A DNA stretch of 59,167 nucleotides, taken from Candidatus Binatus sp. GTDB taxonomy: Bacteria > Desulfobacterota > Binatia > Binatales > Binataceae. This document shows, piece after piece, positions 1-10,972 of this stretch (positions are counted from its first letter, which is position 1; each line of letters starts with the position of its first letter). The notes under the pieces were generated by a model. That model had not been told where the DNA came from and did not search any database. It saw nothing but the letters and a program-made list of their open reading frames with translations. Location: the NCBI GenBank assembly GCA_050010075.1, contig JBEKLS010000004.1, positions 1-59,167 of the forward strand. Reading direction: 5' to 3'. The translations under genes and the position numbers were made by a program.

Positions 1-1200
1 GACTACGAAGCCGGTCGAAATGGTCAGCGCCATCAACGACAGATTGTCGATGCTGAAGCCGCACAGATACATCACGCCGAAGGTTCCGATCAGCGAAATC
101 GGAACCGCCAGGCCGGGAATCAGGGTGGCGCGCAGATTGCGCAGGAACAGGAAGACTACCATCACTACCAGGCAAATCGAGATTAACAGCGTTCCCTCGA
201 CGTCCTTGACCGACGCCCTGATGCTGGTGGTCCTATCCAGCACGACCCTGAGATCAATTGACTGCGGAATCGATGCCTTCAGCGCCGGCAGCGCCGCGTA
301 AACGCGGTCCACCGTGTCGATCACGTTGGCTCCGGGCGCACGCCAGATGATCACCAGGATGGCGCGGTTCAAATCGACGTAGCCCGATGCGCGCACGTTC
401 TGGACTGAATCGATGACCTCGGCGACATCGGACAGCGTCACCGCGGTGCCGTTGTGATAGCCGACTATCAGAGGCTTATACTCCGCGGCTGTCAGCAACT
501 GGTCGGTCGTACTGATCGTCCAGGCCTGGTTGTCATCGGCGAACTCACCAGTAGGGCTGTTGGTGTTGGCCGACGCCAGAACGCTGCGCACCTGTTCGAG
601 GCTGATACCCAGGTGGCGCAACTGGGTGGGATTGAGTTCCACCCGCACCGACGGCAACGCACCGCCGCCGACCACGACCTGGCCAACGCCCTGAATCGTG
701 GAGAGCTTCTGCTCGAGGATCGAATCGGCGGCGTCGTAAAGTTGACCCGGAGTCTTCACCTTGGAAGTCAGCGCAAGGATTAGCACCGGCGGGTCGGCCG
801 GATTCACTTTTCGATAGGTAGGTTTGGACGGCAGGTCGGCCGGCAGATAGCTGGCCGCCGCGTTGATCGCGGCTTGCACATCACGCGTCGCCGCGTCGAT
901 GTTACGGTTCAGATCGAACTGCAGCACAATCGTCGTCTGACCCAGGAAGCTGCTCGAGGTCATCTGGGTCAGAGAGGCGATGTGGCCGAACTGCCGCTCC
1001 AGGGGCGTGCCCACCGACGTTGCCATCGTCTGCGGACTGGCGCCGGGAAGCAGTGCCTGGACCTGGATGGTCGGGAAATCGACCGCCGGCAACGGCGCCA
1101 CCGGCAGCGCATAGAACGCGACAATCCCCGCCAAGGTCAGCGCGATCGTAAGCAGCGTCGTGCCGACAGAGTTCTTGATGGTGGTCTCTGACAAGCTCAT
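1..1200 (-). CDS. mdtC: MdtC-like RND efflux permease, N-terminal part (runs off left edge)
   Basis: Manual translation from the ATG at 1200: [17 protein letters not shown]...[16 protein letters not shown]...PLERQFG...[14 protein letters not shown]. It is a paralog of the adjacent MdtB and has an ATGA overlap with the mdtB stop. Absent from the ORF track because no stop lies in the window. Confidence 0.9.
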   Translation of the reverse strand, partial: MSLSETTIKNSVGTTLLTIALTLAGIVAFYALPVAPLPAVDFPTIQVQALLPGASPQTMATSVGTPLERQFGHIASLTQMTSSSFLGQTTIVLQFDLNRNIDAATRDVQAAINAAASYLPADLPSKPTYRKVNPADPPVLILALTSKVKTPGQLYDAADSILEQKLSTIQGVGQVVVGGGALPSVRVELNPTQLRHLGISLEQVRSVLASANTNSPTGEFADDNQAWTISTTDQLLTAAEYKPLIVGYHNGTAVTLSDVAEVIDSVQNVRASGYVDLNRAILVIIWRAPGANVIDTVDRVYAALPALKASIPQSIDLRVVLDRTTSIRASVKDVEGTLLISICLVVMVVFLFLRNLRATLIPGLAVPISLIGTFGVMYLCGFSIDNLSLMALTISTGFVV

Positions 1201-4200
1201 GTGGTTACCAGCCGCCGCTGCTCGGGCTGCCTGTTCTGCCCCGCTACCTCTGCCGACTGCTCCAATTCCGCCGAGGCGTGTTCGGGCGCAAGCCGGTCGA
1301 AGTACAGGAAAATCACGGGCGTGGTGTATAGCGTCAAGGCCTGGCTGAGAATCAGACCACCAACGATTGCGATTCCCAGCGGCTGACGCAGCTCCGACCC
1401 CATTCCAGTTCCGAGCGCCAGCGGCAGACTTCCCAGCAGCGCCGCCATCGTGGTCATCATGATCGGCCTGAATCGCAGCAGCGAGGCCTGGTAGATCGCG
1501 TCTTCCGCGCTCTTGCCTTCCTGGCGCTGCGCTTCGAGAGCGAAGTCGATCATCATGATGGCGTTCTTTTTGACGATACCAATCAAGAGAATGATGCCGA
1601 TGAGCGCGATGACGTCGAGATCGAGATGGCAGATCAGCAGAGCGAGAATCGCGCCGACGCCGGCCGAAGGCAGCGTCGAGAGAATCGTGATCGGATGGAT
1701 GTAGCTCTCATAGAGCACGCCCAGCACGATATAAACGGTGATCAATGCCGCCAGGATCAGTATCGGCTCGTTGGCGAGGGAGGCGCGGAACGCCGCGGCA
1801 GTGCCCTGGAACGCGCCCTGGATGCTAATCGGCATCCCGATTTCTTTTTGCGCCGCGTTGATCGCATCGACCGCCTCGCCCAGCGAGTAGCCCGACGCGA
1901 GATTGAAAGAAATCGTAACGCAGGGAAATTGTCCCTGATGGTTGATGATGAGGGGCGTACGAGTCTGTTCGTAATGCGTAAACGTGCTCAGCGGCACCTG
2001 ACCGCTGGTCGAATTGACGTAGATTTCCTGCAGCGATTTGGGATCGCGCTGGAATTTCGGGTCCACCTCGAGCACCACGTGATACTGGTTGAGTTCGGTG
2101 AACATGGTGGAGATTTGTTCCTGGCCGAACGCGTCGTAGAGCGTGTTATCGATCGTGGATGAGCTGACACCCAGGCGCGAGGCGGTGCGGCGATCGATTA
2201 CCAGGTGCGCCCCCAGGCCCTCGTTCTGCTGGTCGGTGGCGATGTCGCGCAAGGCGGGCAAGGTTTGCAGCTTGTCCACCAGTTTCGTCGTCCACAGCTT
2301 CAGCTCATCCGGGTTGGGATCTTCGAGCGTGTATTGATATTGCGTCCGGCTCACCCGGTCATCGACGCTGAGATCCTGAACGGCCTGCAGGTAGATCGTA
2401 ATTCCGTGAACTTCGGCCAGCTGGCGCTGCAACCGGCCAATTATCTCCTCGACGTGAGCCTTGCGCTGTCCCAGCGGCTTTAGATTGATCAGAATCCTGC
2501 CGCTGTTAACCGTATCGTTGGTTCCGTCGACGCCGATAAACGATGACAGGCTTTCAACCGCCGGATCGCGCAGGATAACGCTGGTCAACTCCTGCTGCTT
2601 GCGCTCCATCGCGGCGAATGACATCGCTTCCGGACCCTGCGATACGCCCTGGATCACGCCGGTATCCTCGATCGGGAAGAATCCCTTCGGCACGTACCAG
2701 TAGAGAAAGATGGTCAGCACAAGGGTGGCAACCGCGACCATCAATGTGGCTGGTTGATGCTTGAGGACCCAACGGAGCGTGCGGCCATAAAATTCGATGG
2801 TCCACTCGAAGGCGCGCTCCGACATCTGGAACAGCCTGCTCTGCTCTCTCTCCGGCGTATGCTTCAAGAGCTTGGCGGCCATCATCGGCGTCAACGTCAG
2901 CGAAACGACCGCGGAGACCAGGATCGTCACTGCGAGCGTGATCGCGAACTGACGGAAGAGCCGGCCCACGATATCGGCCATGAAGAGCAGCGGAATCAGC
3001 ACCGCAATCAGCGAGATGGTGAGCGACAGGATGGTGAATCCTATTTGGCGCGATCCCTTGAGCGCGGCCTGCAGCGGGGATTCTCCCTCCTCGATATACC
3101 GCGAGATGTTCTCGATCATCACGATCGCGTCGTCCACCACGAAGCCGGTGGAAATCGTCAGCGCCATCAACGTCAGATTGTTCAGGCTGTAGCCGAGCAG
3201 GTACATGACGCCGAACGTGCCCACCAGCGACAGCGGCACCGCGACGCTCGGAATGATCGTGGCCGAGAGGCTGCGCAGGAACAGAAAGATGACCATCACT
3301 ACCAGTGCGATGGTCAGCATCAACTCGAACTCGACGTCCTCGACCGACGCACGGATGGTAGTCGTGCGATCGGTCAGAACCTGCACCTTGACAGCAGATG
3401 GGAGCGAGCTCTGCAGCAGGGGCAGCAGCTTTTTGATCCGGTCGACGACCTGGATGATATTGGCGCCGGGTTGACGCTGCACGTTGAGAATCACAGCCGG
3501 AGTGGAGTTCATCCACGCCGCCTGCTTGACGTTTTCAGGCGCGTCCACCACCGTGGCTACCTGCGACAGAGTCACCGGCGCGCCGTTGTGGTAGGCGATT
3601 ATCAGCGGCCGGTAATCCCTGGCCGAGAGCAACTGATCGTTGTCCTCGATCGTGTAGTCGAGGTTCTTGCCGTCGAAATTTCCCTTGGCCGTATCGACGT
3701 TGGACGCGGCCACTGCAGCGCGGACTTCTTCAAGGGTGATCCCGTAAGATGCAAGTTGGGTCGGATTAAGCTGGATCCGCACCGCGGGCTTCTGTCCGCC
3801 ACTGATAGTCACCAACCCGACGCCAGGTACCTGCGAGATTTTCTCCGACAAGCGCGTGTCGGCGAGGTCCTCGACTTGATACAGCGGCATCTGGGTCGAA
3901 GTCAGGCCGAGGGTCAGAATCGGCGCGTCGGCAGGATTGATCTTGCTGTAGACCGGCGGCGTCGGAAGGTTGGTAGGCAAGTATGTCGCAGCGGCATTGA
4001 TCGCCTCCTGCACTTCCTGCTCGGCCACGTCGATGTTGAGATTAAGATCGAACTGCAGCGTGATCACCGACGCCCCGAAGGAACTGTTCGAGGTCATCTG
4101 GTTAAGGCCCGGAACCTCGCCGAACTGGCGCTCGAGCGGCGCGGTCACCGCAGACGCCATCACGTCCGGGCTAGCCCCCGGATAAAACGTGAGTACCTGG

Positions 4201-4334
4201 ATCGTTGGATAGTCGACTTCCGGCAAAGCGGAAACCGGCAATTCTTTGTAGGCAAAAATTCCCGCGAGCAGAATAGCGGCCATCAGCAGCGAGGTCGCGA
4301 TCGGCCGCAGAATGAATATGCGTGAGAGATTCAT
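1197..4334 (-). CDS. mdtB: MdtB-like RND multidrug efflux permease
   Basis: [56 protein letters not shown] and RFRPIMMTT motifs. Start placed at ATG 4334, just after the mdtA stop. Confidence 0.93.
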   Translation of the reverse strand: MNLSRIFILRPIATSLLMAAILLAGIFAYKELPVSALPEVDYPTIQVLTFYPGASPDVMASAVTAPLERQFGEVPGLNQMTSNSSFGASVITLQFDLNLNIDVAEQEVQEAINAAATYLPTNLPTPPVYSKINPADAPILTLGLTSTQMPLYQVEDLADTRLSEKISQVPGVGLVTISGGQKPAVRIQLNPTQLASYGITLEEVRAAVAASNVDTAKGNFDGKNLDYTIEDNDQLLSARDYRPLIIAYHNGAPVTLSQVATVVDAPENVKQAAWMNSTPAVILNVQRQPGANIIQVVDRIKKLLPLLQSSLPSAVKVQVLTDRTTTIRASVEDVEFELMLTIALVVMVIFLFLRSLSATIIPSVAVPLSLVGTFGVMYLLGYSLNNLTLMALTISTGFVVDDAIVMIENISRYIEEGESPLQAALKGSRQIGFTILSLTISLIAVLIPLLFMADIVGRLFRQFAITLAVTILVSAVVSLTLTPMMAAKLLKHTPEREQSRLFQMSERAFEWTIEFYGRTLRWVLKHQPATLMVAVATLVLTIFLYWYVPKGFFPIEDTGVIQGVSQGPEAMSFAAMERKQQELTSVILRDPAVESLSSFIGVDGTNDTVNSGRILINLKPLGQRKAHVEEIIGRLQRQLAEVHGITIYLQAVQDLSVDDRVSRTQYQYTLEDPNPDELKLWTTKLVDKLQTLPALRDIATDQQNEGLGAHLVIDRRTASRLGVSSSTIDNTLYDAFGQEQISTMFTELNQYHVVLEVDPKFQRDPKSLQEIYVNSTSGQVPLSTFTHYEQTRTPLIINHQGQFPCVTISFNLASGYSLGEAVDAINAAQKEIGMPISIQGAFQGTAAAFRASLANEPILILAALITVYIVLGVLYESYIHPITILSTLPSAGVGAILALLICHLDLDVIALIGIILLIGIVKKNAIMMIDFALEAQRQEGKSAEDAIYQASLLRFRPIMMTTMAALLGSLPLALGTGMGSELRQPLGIAIVGGLILSQALTLYTTPVIFLYFDRLAPEHASAELEQSAEVAGQNRQPEQRRLVTT

Positions 4335-4335
4335 T

Positions 4336-5571
4336 TCATCCGCCACTCGCGGCGACAGCGCCTGAATTGGAATTCGCCTGCCCTGAATTTGAATTATCCA
4401 TCTGAACGACAACCTTGGTTCCCGGTTGCAGCTTGTCCAAACCGTCGGTCACCACTTTCTCGCCCACGCTCACGCCCTTGGTGATCGCGGTCAGGTCACC
4501 TTGCGACGGGCCTACTGTCACTTGGCGCTGCGCGACCGTACTGTTGGGCTGGACGACGTAGACGAAAGACTGTTGCGCGCCGCTTTGAATCGCCGCCGTC
4601 GGCACCAACATCGCGTTCTCGATCGTTTTCACCGGCATGGTCGCGTTGACGAACGCGTCGGGAAACAAGGCATAGTCGGGATTGGGAAACTGGGCGCGCA
4701 GCTTCACCGTCCCGGTGTTCTCATCAACCTGATTGTCGAAGGTCAGCAGAAAGCCGTTGCCGATTTTTTTGCTGAAGTCGCGGTTCCAGGCCACCACCGG
4801 TACCTGGCGCCCGTCGCGCATGTCGTTGACTACTTCGGGGATATCATCCTCGGGAATACTGAAGACCACCGAGATAGGTTGTAGTTGGGTAACCACCACC
4901 AGGTTCTGGGTGGACACAACGTAATTACCGACGTCAACCTGCCGCAGGCCTACGCGGCCTTGTACCGGCGATACGATCCGGCAATAGCCAAGATTGACCT
5001 TTACGCCCGCGATCATCCCCTGGTCGTTTGCCACTGTGCCCAACGCCTGCCGATACAGTGCTTCCTGATTGTCCGCATCCTGGCTCGCGATGATTCCGGT
5101 CTTGTACAGGTAGCGATAACGTTCCAGCGTCACCTTCGCATTGGCGAGCGTGGCCTGATCACGCGCGAGCTGTCCTTCGTACTGAGATAACTGCGCCTCG
5201 TAGGGGGACGGATCGATATTGACCAGTAAGTCTCCCGCCTTGACCAATTGCCCTTCTTTAAAATCAATTTTCATGATCTGACCGGCGATGCGGCTCTTCA
5301 CCGTCACCGTGGCAAAAGGCGTGACCGTGCCGATCTGATTCAGGTAAACGTCCAGATTCCCGCTCCTGACGAGGCTTGCCGCCACCGGCACGCTCGGTGC
5401 CTTCACAACGGACTGATTGGTGCCGCTATGCATGAACCATCCATAGAGGCCGGCGCATAGCACGAAGCCCGCAACGTACCATCCCCATCGTGAGGGTCTG
5501 CGATCCGGCTTCGTCGTGTCGCGGAACTCCAGGCGCGTTGTTCCTCCGATTGTTCGTGTTTCTTGATTCAT
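4336..5571 (-). CDS. mdtA: MdtA-like RND periplasmic adaptor (membrane fusion protein)
   Basis: N-terminal [29 protein letters not shown] lipoyl half-motif, [17 protein letters not shown]; lies directly upstream of two RND permeases. Confidence 0.92.
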   Translation of the reverse strand: MNQETRTIGGTTRLEFRDTTKPDRRPSRWGWYVAGFVLCAGLYGWFMHSGTNQSVVKAPSVPVAASLVRSGNLDVYLNQIGTVTPFATVTVKSRIAGQIMKIDFKEGQLVKAGDLLVNIDPSPYEAQLSQYEGQLARDQATLANAKVTLERYRYLYKTGIIASQDADNQEALYRQALGTVANDQGMIAGVKVNLGYCRIVSPVQGRVGLRQVDVGNYVVSTQNLVVVTQLQPISVVFSIPEDDIPEVVNDMRDGRQVPVVAWNRDFSKKIGNGFLLTFDNQVDENTGTVKLRAQFPNPDYALFPDAFVNATMPVKTIENAMLVPTAAIQSGAQQSFVYVVQPNSTVAQRQVTVGPSQGDLTAITKGVSVGEKVVTDGLDKLQPGTKVVVQMDNSNSGQANSNSGAVAASGG

Positions 5572-6317
5572 GATTTTGATCTCTGACTATGTTTGGGTGT
5601 TGAGTTCCGCCGCGCCCGTCGCCGGCTAAGTATCAAGGGCGCCCTCGCGCTGCGTCCCCCGTATAGGTCCTCAAGATTAGAATCCCGCGTCGTTTGGTGA
5701 TGGTCGGCGCGACAGCCATCGAGCACGAGAGCGACTATCGTTCGCGCCGCTGCCTCGACCGTGAGTTCCTCTCCGCGGTAGCGCGGCACTCCGCAGATCA
5801 TGCCCAGGATAGATTCGGCTACGAGTTGAAAATTCAAATCACTGCGTAGCCACCCCGTAGCCGCTCCTTCTTTCAGTACCTGGCAAATCAGTAACGAGAG
5901 CTCTTTACCTTCCCGCCGATACTTTCTCGCTGCCGCGGACGGTAAAATCGTGTTGGGGCCGCGCATCAAAACAAAAAAATCCCCGCGGTCCCAGACGCTG
6001 GATAGAACATGGCGGACAATCGCGATGATTCGATCCGGAAACGAACGCTCCTCTTCCAGCTCGCTCTCGATTTGACTGCGAAGCTGGCGAAGGCCCGCCA
6101 TGATGGCGGCCGCGTAAAGGCCCTCCTTCGATCCGAACTTGCGATATACGCTGCCCTTTCCTACACGTGCTTCCGCCGCCAGTTCATCCGCCGTGACCTG
6201 GTCGAAACCATTGTGCGCGAACAGTTCGAGCGCGCTCGTGAGAATCTTCTCGCGCAGCCGCGGTATTGCGTGACGCCCGCGCCGGCGCCGGCCGACAGAT
6301 GCAGATCGAGCGCTCAT
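5568..6317 (-). CDS. TetR/AcrR family transcriptional regulator
   Basis: ILTSALELFAHNGFDQVTADELAAEARVGKGSVYRKFGSKEGLY helix-turn-helix; stop overlaps the mdtA ATG. Start uncertain (6317 chosen; the ORF is open to 6461). Confidence 0.85.
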   Translation of the reverse strand: MSARSASVGRRRRGRHAIPRLREKILTSALELFAHNGFDQVTADELAAEARVGKGSVYRKFGSKEGLYAAAIMAGLRQLRSQIESELEEERSFPDRIIAIVRHVLSSVWDRGDFFVLMRGPNTILPSAAARKYRREGKELSLLICQVLKEGAATGWLRSDLNFQLVAESILGMICGVPRYRGEELTVEAAARTIVALVLDGCRADHHQTTRDSNLEDLYGGRSARAPLILSRRRARRNSTPKHSQRSKS

Positions 6318-6537
6318 GGGACAAGTTCTCCGGTGCTGAAAGCCGTCTCTGCCCATTCGCTCGAAGCAAATTTCGAAGTGTTGTGAAAAGCCATGTCTGA
6401 ATCCTGTCGTCGTCTGCAAACTCGTCTGATTAACGCCACCTGCCGGTGACGCCGCGGTCAAAATGGTTTCAGAGGCGCGGCCGAAAAGGCGGCTGCCTAT
6501 TCAGCGGCGCACGAGAAACGGATGTGTATTTACGGAA

Positions 6538-6888
6538 TCAGTGAGCAGCGTCGAAGGTCGACGGCAGAATGCGGCGAAAGAACGTTCCGAAATGTTCGGG
6601 CCAAATCTGAAGGAGCAGATTCTCGCGGCTAATCAGGAGGGCGGTAGGCTTCGGGGCTGACGAAACGAGAGTTTCGACAAATCGCAGGATTGGTGACCGA
6701 CTAAGTTCCGCGCGGCGAGCGCCAGCCTCGACTACCGCGGTCCTTGTCAGGTTCGCGTGGCACACGACCTGGGGCGCGCGAGCAGCCGGCGAGACCAGCG
6801 GTGACGTGATTCGCACGAAAGAAAAGGTCAGCAGCGCCGCGATGGCCAATCGCAACAGCAACAACTTATTTCGGCCCGATACTCTCAA
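6538..6888 (-). CDS. hypothetical protein with N-terminal hydrophobic segment
   Basis: 116-aa ORF co-oriented with its neighbours with a signal-like N-terminus; no family recognised. Confidence 0.35.
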   Translation of the reverse strand: MRVSGRNKLLLLRLAIAALLTFSFVRITSPLVSPAARAPQVVCHANLTRTAVVEAGARRAELSRSPILRFVETLVSSAPKPTALLISRENLLLQIWPEHFGTFFRRILPSTFDAAH

Positions 6889-7178
6889 CGCACAGCCTCA
6901 GTAGCTTGCATACTTTAGACTACCATCAAATTCAAAATGAACAAATCTTCACAAATCTGGATACGTCACTCGCCTCGATTCGGTTTCAAAAAATCTCAAT
7001 ATGTCGGCGTGAATAATCGCCGCACAAAGCCGTGCAGCTCGGATAACACCACTCTTCAACGATGACTTCCGCACTGTAACCGAATCGCCGTTTAGTTGGC
7101 TCGAACGATTCTGGCTTGAATGACTGGTGTTACCAGACAAACGCGCTGCGCATCCAAGGCGCCGGAGCAGCACCGGCA

Positions 7179-9026
7179 TCACACCAGGTAGTAGAGCCTC
7201 CTGTTCCCGGCGCTGACTGCTTTCCTGGGTCCGCAGTGCTCGCATGAGTTCGCGTCGCCCAGCCGCTCGTACACTTTGCGGATGGCGGCCAGCGTGGCCG
7301 AGTCCTCGTCGCCGCCTTGCGGGAAGATGCGGTCGTCAGGAAGCCATTCCTGGAATCGCAACCGCCTGAAGGCCTCGATCAGGTCCGGCCGCGCACCGGC
7401 GAGCAACACGGTGATGCCCAGAGCTTCGGCGTGCTTGAGGAAGTGTTCGAACTGCTCGAGAGAGACGACATCCGGATCGCGCACCCGCTTTACCCGCAGC
7501 ACGATGTGATTAATCTTGTCGGCCTGCGCGCGATGCGTCAGCGCGGTCAGGTAGCGTTCCAGCTCAATCGCCGCCCCGAAGAACAATTCGCCCTCGAGAT
7601 CTTCCAGTATGAATGCATGGCAGGTTGGATCGTCAGGCAGCTTCTCGCGCACGACGCCTTCATCGTCGACCACCAGCTCATTGGCTTTGAGCTTGGCGGC
7701 GCGCGGCACGAACAGCAGGATCGACAGGCCGACACCGGCGAGAATGGCCTCGTCGAGGCCGAACGCGAGGCCGGTTATCGCCGTCAACGCCAGCACAGTC
7801 GCATCGAGCCACGTCGCCCTGATGGTGTACGCGATGCGTTTCGGATCGATGAGGCGCGCCGCCGTCAGCAGCAGCAATGCGGCCAGGGCCGGCTTGGGGA
7901 CGAAGCGCGCCAGCGGCGCCAGCGCCAGCACCGCCAACGCGACCGCGGACGCCGAGATGATGCCGGAGAAGCGGGTCAGCGCGCCTGCCTGGTAATTGAT
8001 CGCGGAGCGCGAGAGCGACCCCGAGCCAGGCAGGCACCGGAAGAATCCGCCGGTGAGATTGGCCAGTCCTTCGGCCAGGCACTGCTTGTTGAAGTCGAAC
8101 TTCTGTCCCGTCTCATTCGCGATCGCCTTGGCAATCGACAGCGCCTCGAGCAGCCCGAGAAACGCGATCGCCAGGCTGTTGGACGCGAGCTCGCCGGCCC
8201 ATTTCAGTTTCACCACGGGGATGTGCGGCGTCGGCAGGCTGGCAGGTACGTTGCCCGCTACGGCGATAATCGTTTTTCCGGAATGGCCGGGCGTCGTCCA
8301 GCCGAAGTAATAGGCGCCGAGCGCCACCAGCACGAGCGCCAACAGCATGTCGAACTGGGGGAGCCGATAGCGTTTCACCAATTTGCGGAAGCTCACCGCC
8401 AGCACGATGGTGACCACGGTGATACCGAGCGCCTTGAGATTGTAGTGATCGCCCGCCGTCAGCGTCAGCCACAGACGCAGCAGCACGTGCTGCGAGCCGG
8501 TACCCTTGTCATGCACCCCGAGCGCGTTGCCAAGCTGACTCAGCGCGAGCAGAATCGACGCGGCAGTCATAAATCCAAGAATCACCGATTCCGAAATGTA
8601 GCGAGTCAGATCGCCGAGCTTGAAAACGGCGATAAGGATCTGGATGGATCCCACCATCACGCCGAGCATGAACATCGCCTCTGCCGCTTCGACCTTCTGC
8701 TCTGGATCGAAGAACGCCAGCGAGGTGAAGACGACCAGCGAGATCGCGCTGGTCGGTCCGTTGACCAGATGCGAGGACGACCCGAAGATCGAGGCCACCG
8801 CCGTCACTACTATTGCCGAATAAAGGCCGTAGCGCGGGTCGACTCCCGCCAGTAGCGCGTAGGCCATCGCCTGCGGCAGTGAGATTGCCGCGACTGTTAG
8901 TCCAGCCACCAGGTCGCGGGTCAATTCCTCGGTGGTGTAACTCAAGCCAAACGGCAGATGGATTCGGCCGTCGTCGGCGGAAGTGCTTTGAGGTGGCACC
9001 AGTTTCAAACCTGCGTCATTACTCAT
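7179..9026 (-). CDS. sulP: SulP/SLC26 family inorganic anion (sulfate) permease with STAS domain
   Basis: DLVAGLTVAAISLPQAMAYALLAG, GSSSHLVNGPT, GSLSRSAIN, and STAS motif LEGELFFGAA. Confidence 0.93.
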   Translation of the reverse strand: MSNDAGLKLVPPQSTSADDGRIHLPFGLSYTTEELTRDLVAGLTVAAISLPQAMAYALLAGVDPRYGLYSAIVVTAVASIFGSSSHLVNGPTSAISLVVFTSLAFFDPEQKVEAAEAMFMLGVMVGSIQILIAVFKLGDLTRYISESVILGFMTAASILLALSQLGNALGVHDKGTGSQHVLLRLWLTLTAGDHYNLKALGITVVTIVLAVSFRKLVKRYRLPQFDMLLALVLVALGAYYFGWTTPGHSGKTIIAVAGNVPASLPTPHIPVVKLKWAGELASNSLAIAFLGLLEALSIAKAIANETGQKFDFNKQCLAEGLANLTGGFFRCLPGSGSLSRSAINYQAGALTRFSGIISASAVALAVLALAPLARFVPKPALAALLLLTAARLIDPKRIAYTIRATWLDATVLALTAITGLAFGLDEAILAGVGLSILLFVPRAAKLKANELVVDDEGVVREKLPDDPTCHAFILEDLEGELFFGAAIELERYLTALTHRAQADKINHIVLRVKRVRDPDVVSLEQFEHFLKHAEALGITVLLAGARPDLIEAFRRLRFQEWLPDDRIFPQGGDEDSATLAAIRKVYERLGDANSCEHCGPRKAVSAGNRRLYYLV

Positions 9027-10063
9027 TTCGATCGCGTCCCTATCACGGTGTCGAGGATTCCGTTTTCGGCGAAGAATTTCTGCTGCGCATCATCCCAGTT
9101 GCGGGCGATCGCGGTGATTGGAAACAAAGTGATGTTCGGAAATTGGATGTTCGCCTTTTGCGCCGCTTCCGGTTTCAGCGGCCGATAGCCGAACTTCGCA
9201 ATAGTCGCTTGCCCCTGATCGGTGAACAGGTACTCGAGGAACGCTTGCGCGACCGCTTGCGTCCCGCGCTTGTCCACATTCGCGTCGACCCACGCCACGT
9301 ACGGCTCCGCCAGGATGCTCACCGGCGGGTACACGACTTCGAGGTTGCCTTTCGATTCCGCGACTTCGCGGATGGCCTCGTCTTCCCAGCTCAACTGCAC
9401 GTCGCCGGTCTCCGCTCCGGTAAAGGTCAGCGCGGCACTGCGCGCACCGGGATCCATCACGGGCGGAACGTGCTGATAGAACGACTTCAGATACGCGCGC
9501 GCGTCCGCCTCGGTTCCTCCACGCGTCACGATCGCGCCCCAGGCAGCCAGCGCGCTCAGCTTGCCGTTGCCCGAAGTCTTCGGATCAGGGGTGATGATCA
9601 GCGTGTCGGAGCGGATCAAATCGGGCCAATCGTGAATGTTCCGCGGATTGCCCTTGCGCACTATAAAAACAATCGTCGAAGTGTACGGGCGAGAGTGATT
9701 CGGCAGCCGCTCGGTCCAGTTGTCCGCGATCAATCCGCGCTTGCGCAACGCATCGACGTCTGTGAACAGTCCCAGCGTCACGACGTCGGCCGGATTTTCG
9801 CCGCTGATGACAGTCCGCGCCTGGCGCGACGAGCCACCGTGCGAATCCACGATGGAGATGCGGTGCCCGGTCCGCTTCTCGTAGTCCGCGGCGAATTCAG
9901 CGTCGATCTGCTGGTAGAGCTCGCGGGTCGCGTCGTACGAAACGTTCAGTAACTGACTGTTAGGGTCGGTCTTGCCGGGGGCGTTCCTTGCAAAAATCAG
10001 CGCGAACGCGATTACCACTGCTGCGACCGCGCCGACGTTTAACCATCGTTGTCCGTTATTCAC
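9023..10063 (-). CDS. sbp: sulfate/thiosulfate ABC-type periplasmic binding protein (Sbp/CysP family)
   Basis: LLNVSYDATRELY, SHGGSSRQAR, PYTSTIVFIVRKGNPRNIHDWPDL, PDPKTSG and SILAEP motifs; GTG start; ATGA overlap with sulP. Confidence 0.93.
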   Translation of the reverse strand: MNNGQRWLNVGAVAAVVIAFALIFARNAPGKTDPNSQLLNVSYDATRELYQQIDAEFAADYEKRTGHRISIVDSHGGSSRQARTVISGENPADVVTLGLFTDVDALRKRGLIADNWTERLPNHSRPYTSTIVFIVRKGNPRNIHDWPDLIRSDTLIITPDPKTSGNGKLSALAAWGAIVTRGGTEADARAYLKSFYQHVPPVMDPGARSAALTFTGAETGDVQLSWEDEAIREVAESKGNLEVVYPPVSILAEPYVAWVDANVDKRGTQAVAQAFLEYLFTDQGQATIAKFGYRPLKPEAAQKANIQFPNITLFPITAIARNWDDAQQKFFAENGILDTVIGTRSK

Positions 10064-10192
10064 CTACTATCCCTATCTTGATGTCCCAGCGGTGTTCAGT
10101 TTGCAGGCCAGGAGCGCCGGTCATTGCGAGATGTCGATCTGATTATCGTTACGGAGTTGTTACAGGAATCGATGTCATGATACAAGACTAAG

Positions 10193-10209
10193 TCCATCGA
10201 GTTACTGGA
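10193..10209. promoter_or_regulatory. candidate operator, copy 1 (TCCATCGAGTTACTGGA)
   Basis: Imperfect palindrome in the sbp/SDR divergent intergenic region; matches copies at 14070 and 18438. Confidence 0.5.
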
Positions 10210-10245
10210 TTAAAATCCTTCAAGGTATCGCGGGGACCGTTTTCC

Positions 10246-10971
10246 ATGGCTGAACAATCAAAACAGACACCCGTGGCTGTAATTCTGGGGGTCGGCCCCG
10301 GATTGGGAGCTGCCGTCGCCCGACGCTTCGCGAAGAGCTACGCAGTTGCGGTGGTCGCGCGCAGGGCCGATTACTTGAAATCGCTCGGCGACAGCATCAG
10401 AGCTTCGGGCGGACGTTCGCTCGAAGTGGCGGCTGACGTGAGCGACCGGGGCCAGGTGGCAGCAGCGTTCAAAAAGATTCGCGAGCACCTCGGCTCCCCG
10501 GATGTGCTGGTATACAACGCCAGCGCCGGCCCTTTCGGCAGCCTCAGCGAGATATCGGCAGAGGAATATGAGAACTCATGGCGGGTCAGCGCCTTGGGGG
10601 CCTTCCTGAGTGCGAAAGAAGTCGTTCCCGAAATGGTAACGCGTGGGCACGGCGTGCTGCTCTTCACCGGCGCCACCGCCGGGGTCAAGGCGGGAGCACG
10701 GTCGGCCGCGTTTGGTTCGTCGAAATTCGCCCTGCGGGGTCTCGCTCAATCGCTGGCGCGCGATCTCGGTCCCAAGGGAATCCACGTCGCGTGGATCAAT
10801 GTCGACGGTGTGATCGACATCCCGCGCATCCGCGAGAGCCGCCCTCAACTGAAGGACGAGGACTTCCTGAAGCCCGACGCTATCGCTGAAACGTACTGGC
10901 ACCTTGCCCATCAGGATCGCAGCGCATGGACTTTGGAGCTGGAGGTTCGTCCATTCAAAGAGAAGTTCTGA
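10246..10971 (+). CDS. SDR family NAD(P)-dependent oxidoreductase (atypical, FxxxK)
   Basis: GVGPGLG Rossmann motif, LVYNA, TGATA; the catalytic YxxxK appears as FGSSK. Confidence 0.9.
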   Translation: MAEQSKQTPVAVILGVGPGLGAAVARRFAKSYAVAVVARRADYLKSLGDSIRASGGRSLEVAADVSDRGQVAAAFKKIREHLGSPDVLVYNASAGPFGSLSEISAEEYENSWRVSALGAFLSAKEVVPEMVTRGHGVLLFTGATAGVKAGARSAAFGSSKFALRGLAQSLARDLGPKGIHVAWINVDGVIDIPRIRESRPQLKDEDFLKPDAIAETYWHLAHQDRSAWTLELEVRPFKEKF

Positions 10972-10972
10972 T

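Noticed and set aside
6318-6461. N-terminal extension of the TetR ORF, with short GTCTG repeats and a TCGAA dyad
   Set aside because: Probably promoter/UTR sequence; the repeats are too short and irregular to call an operator.
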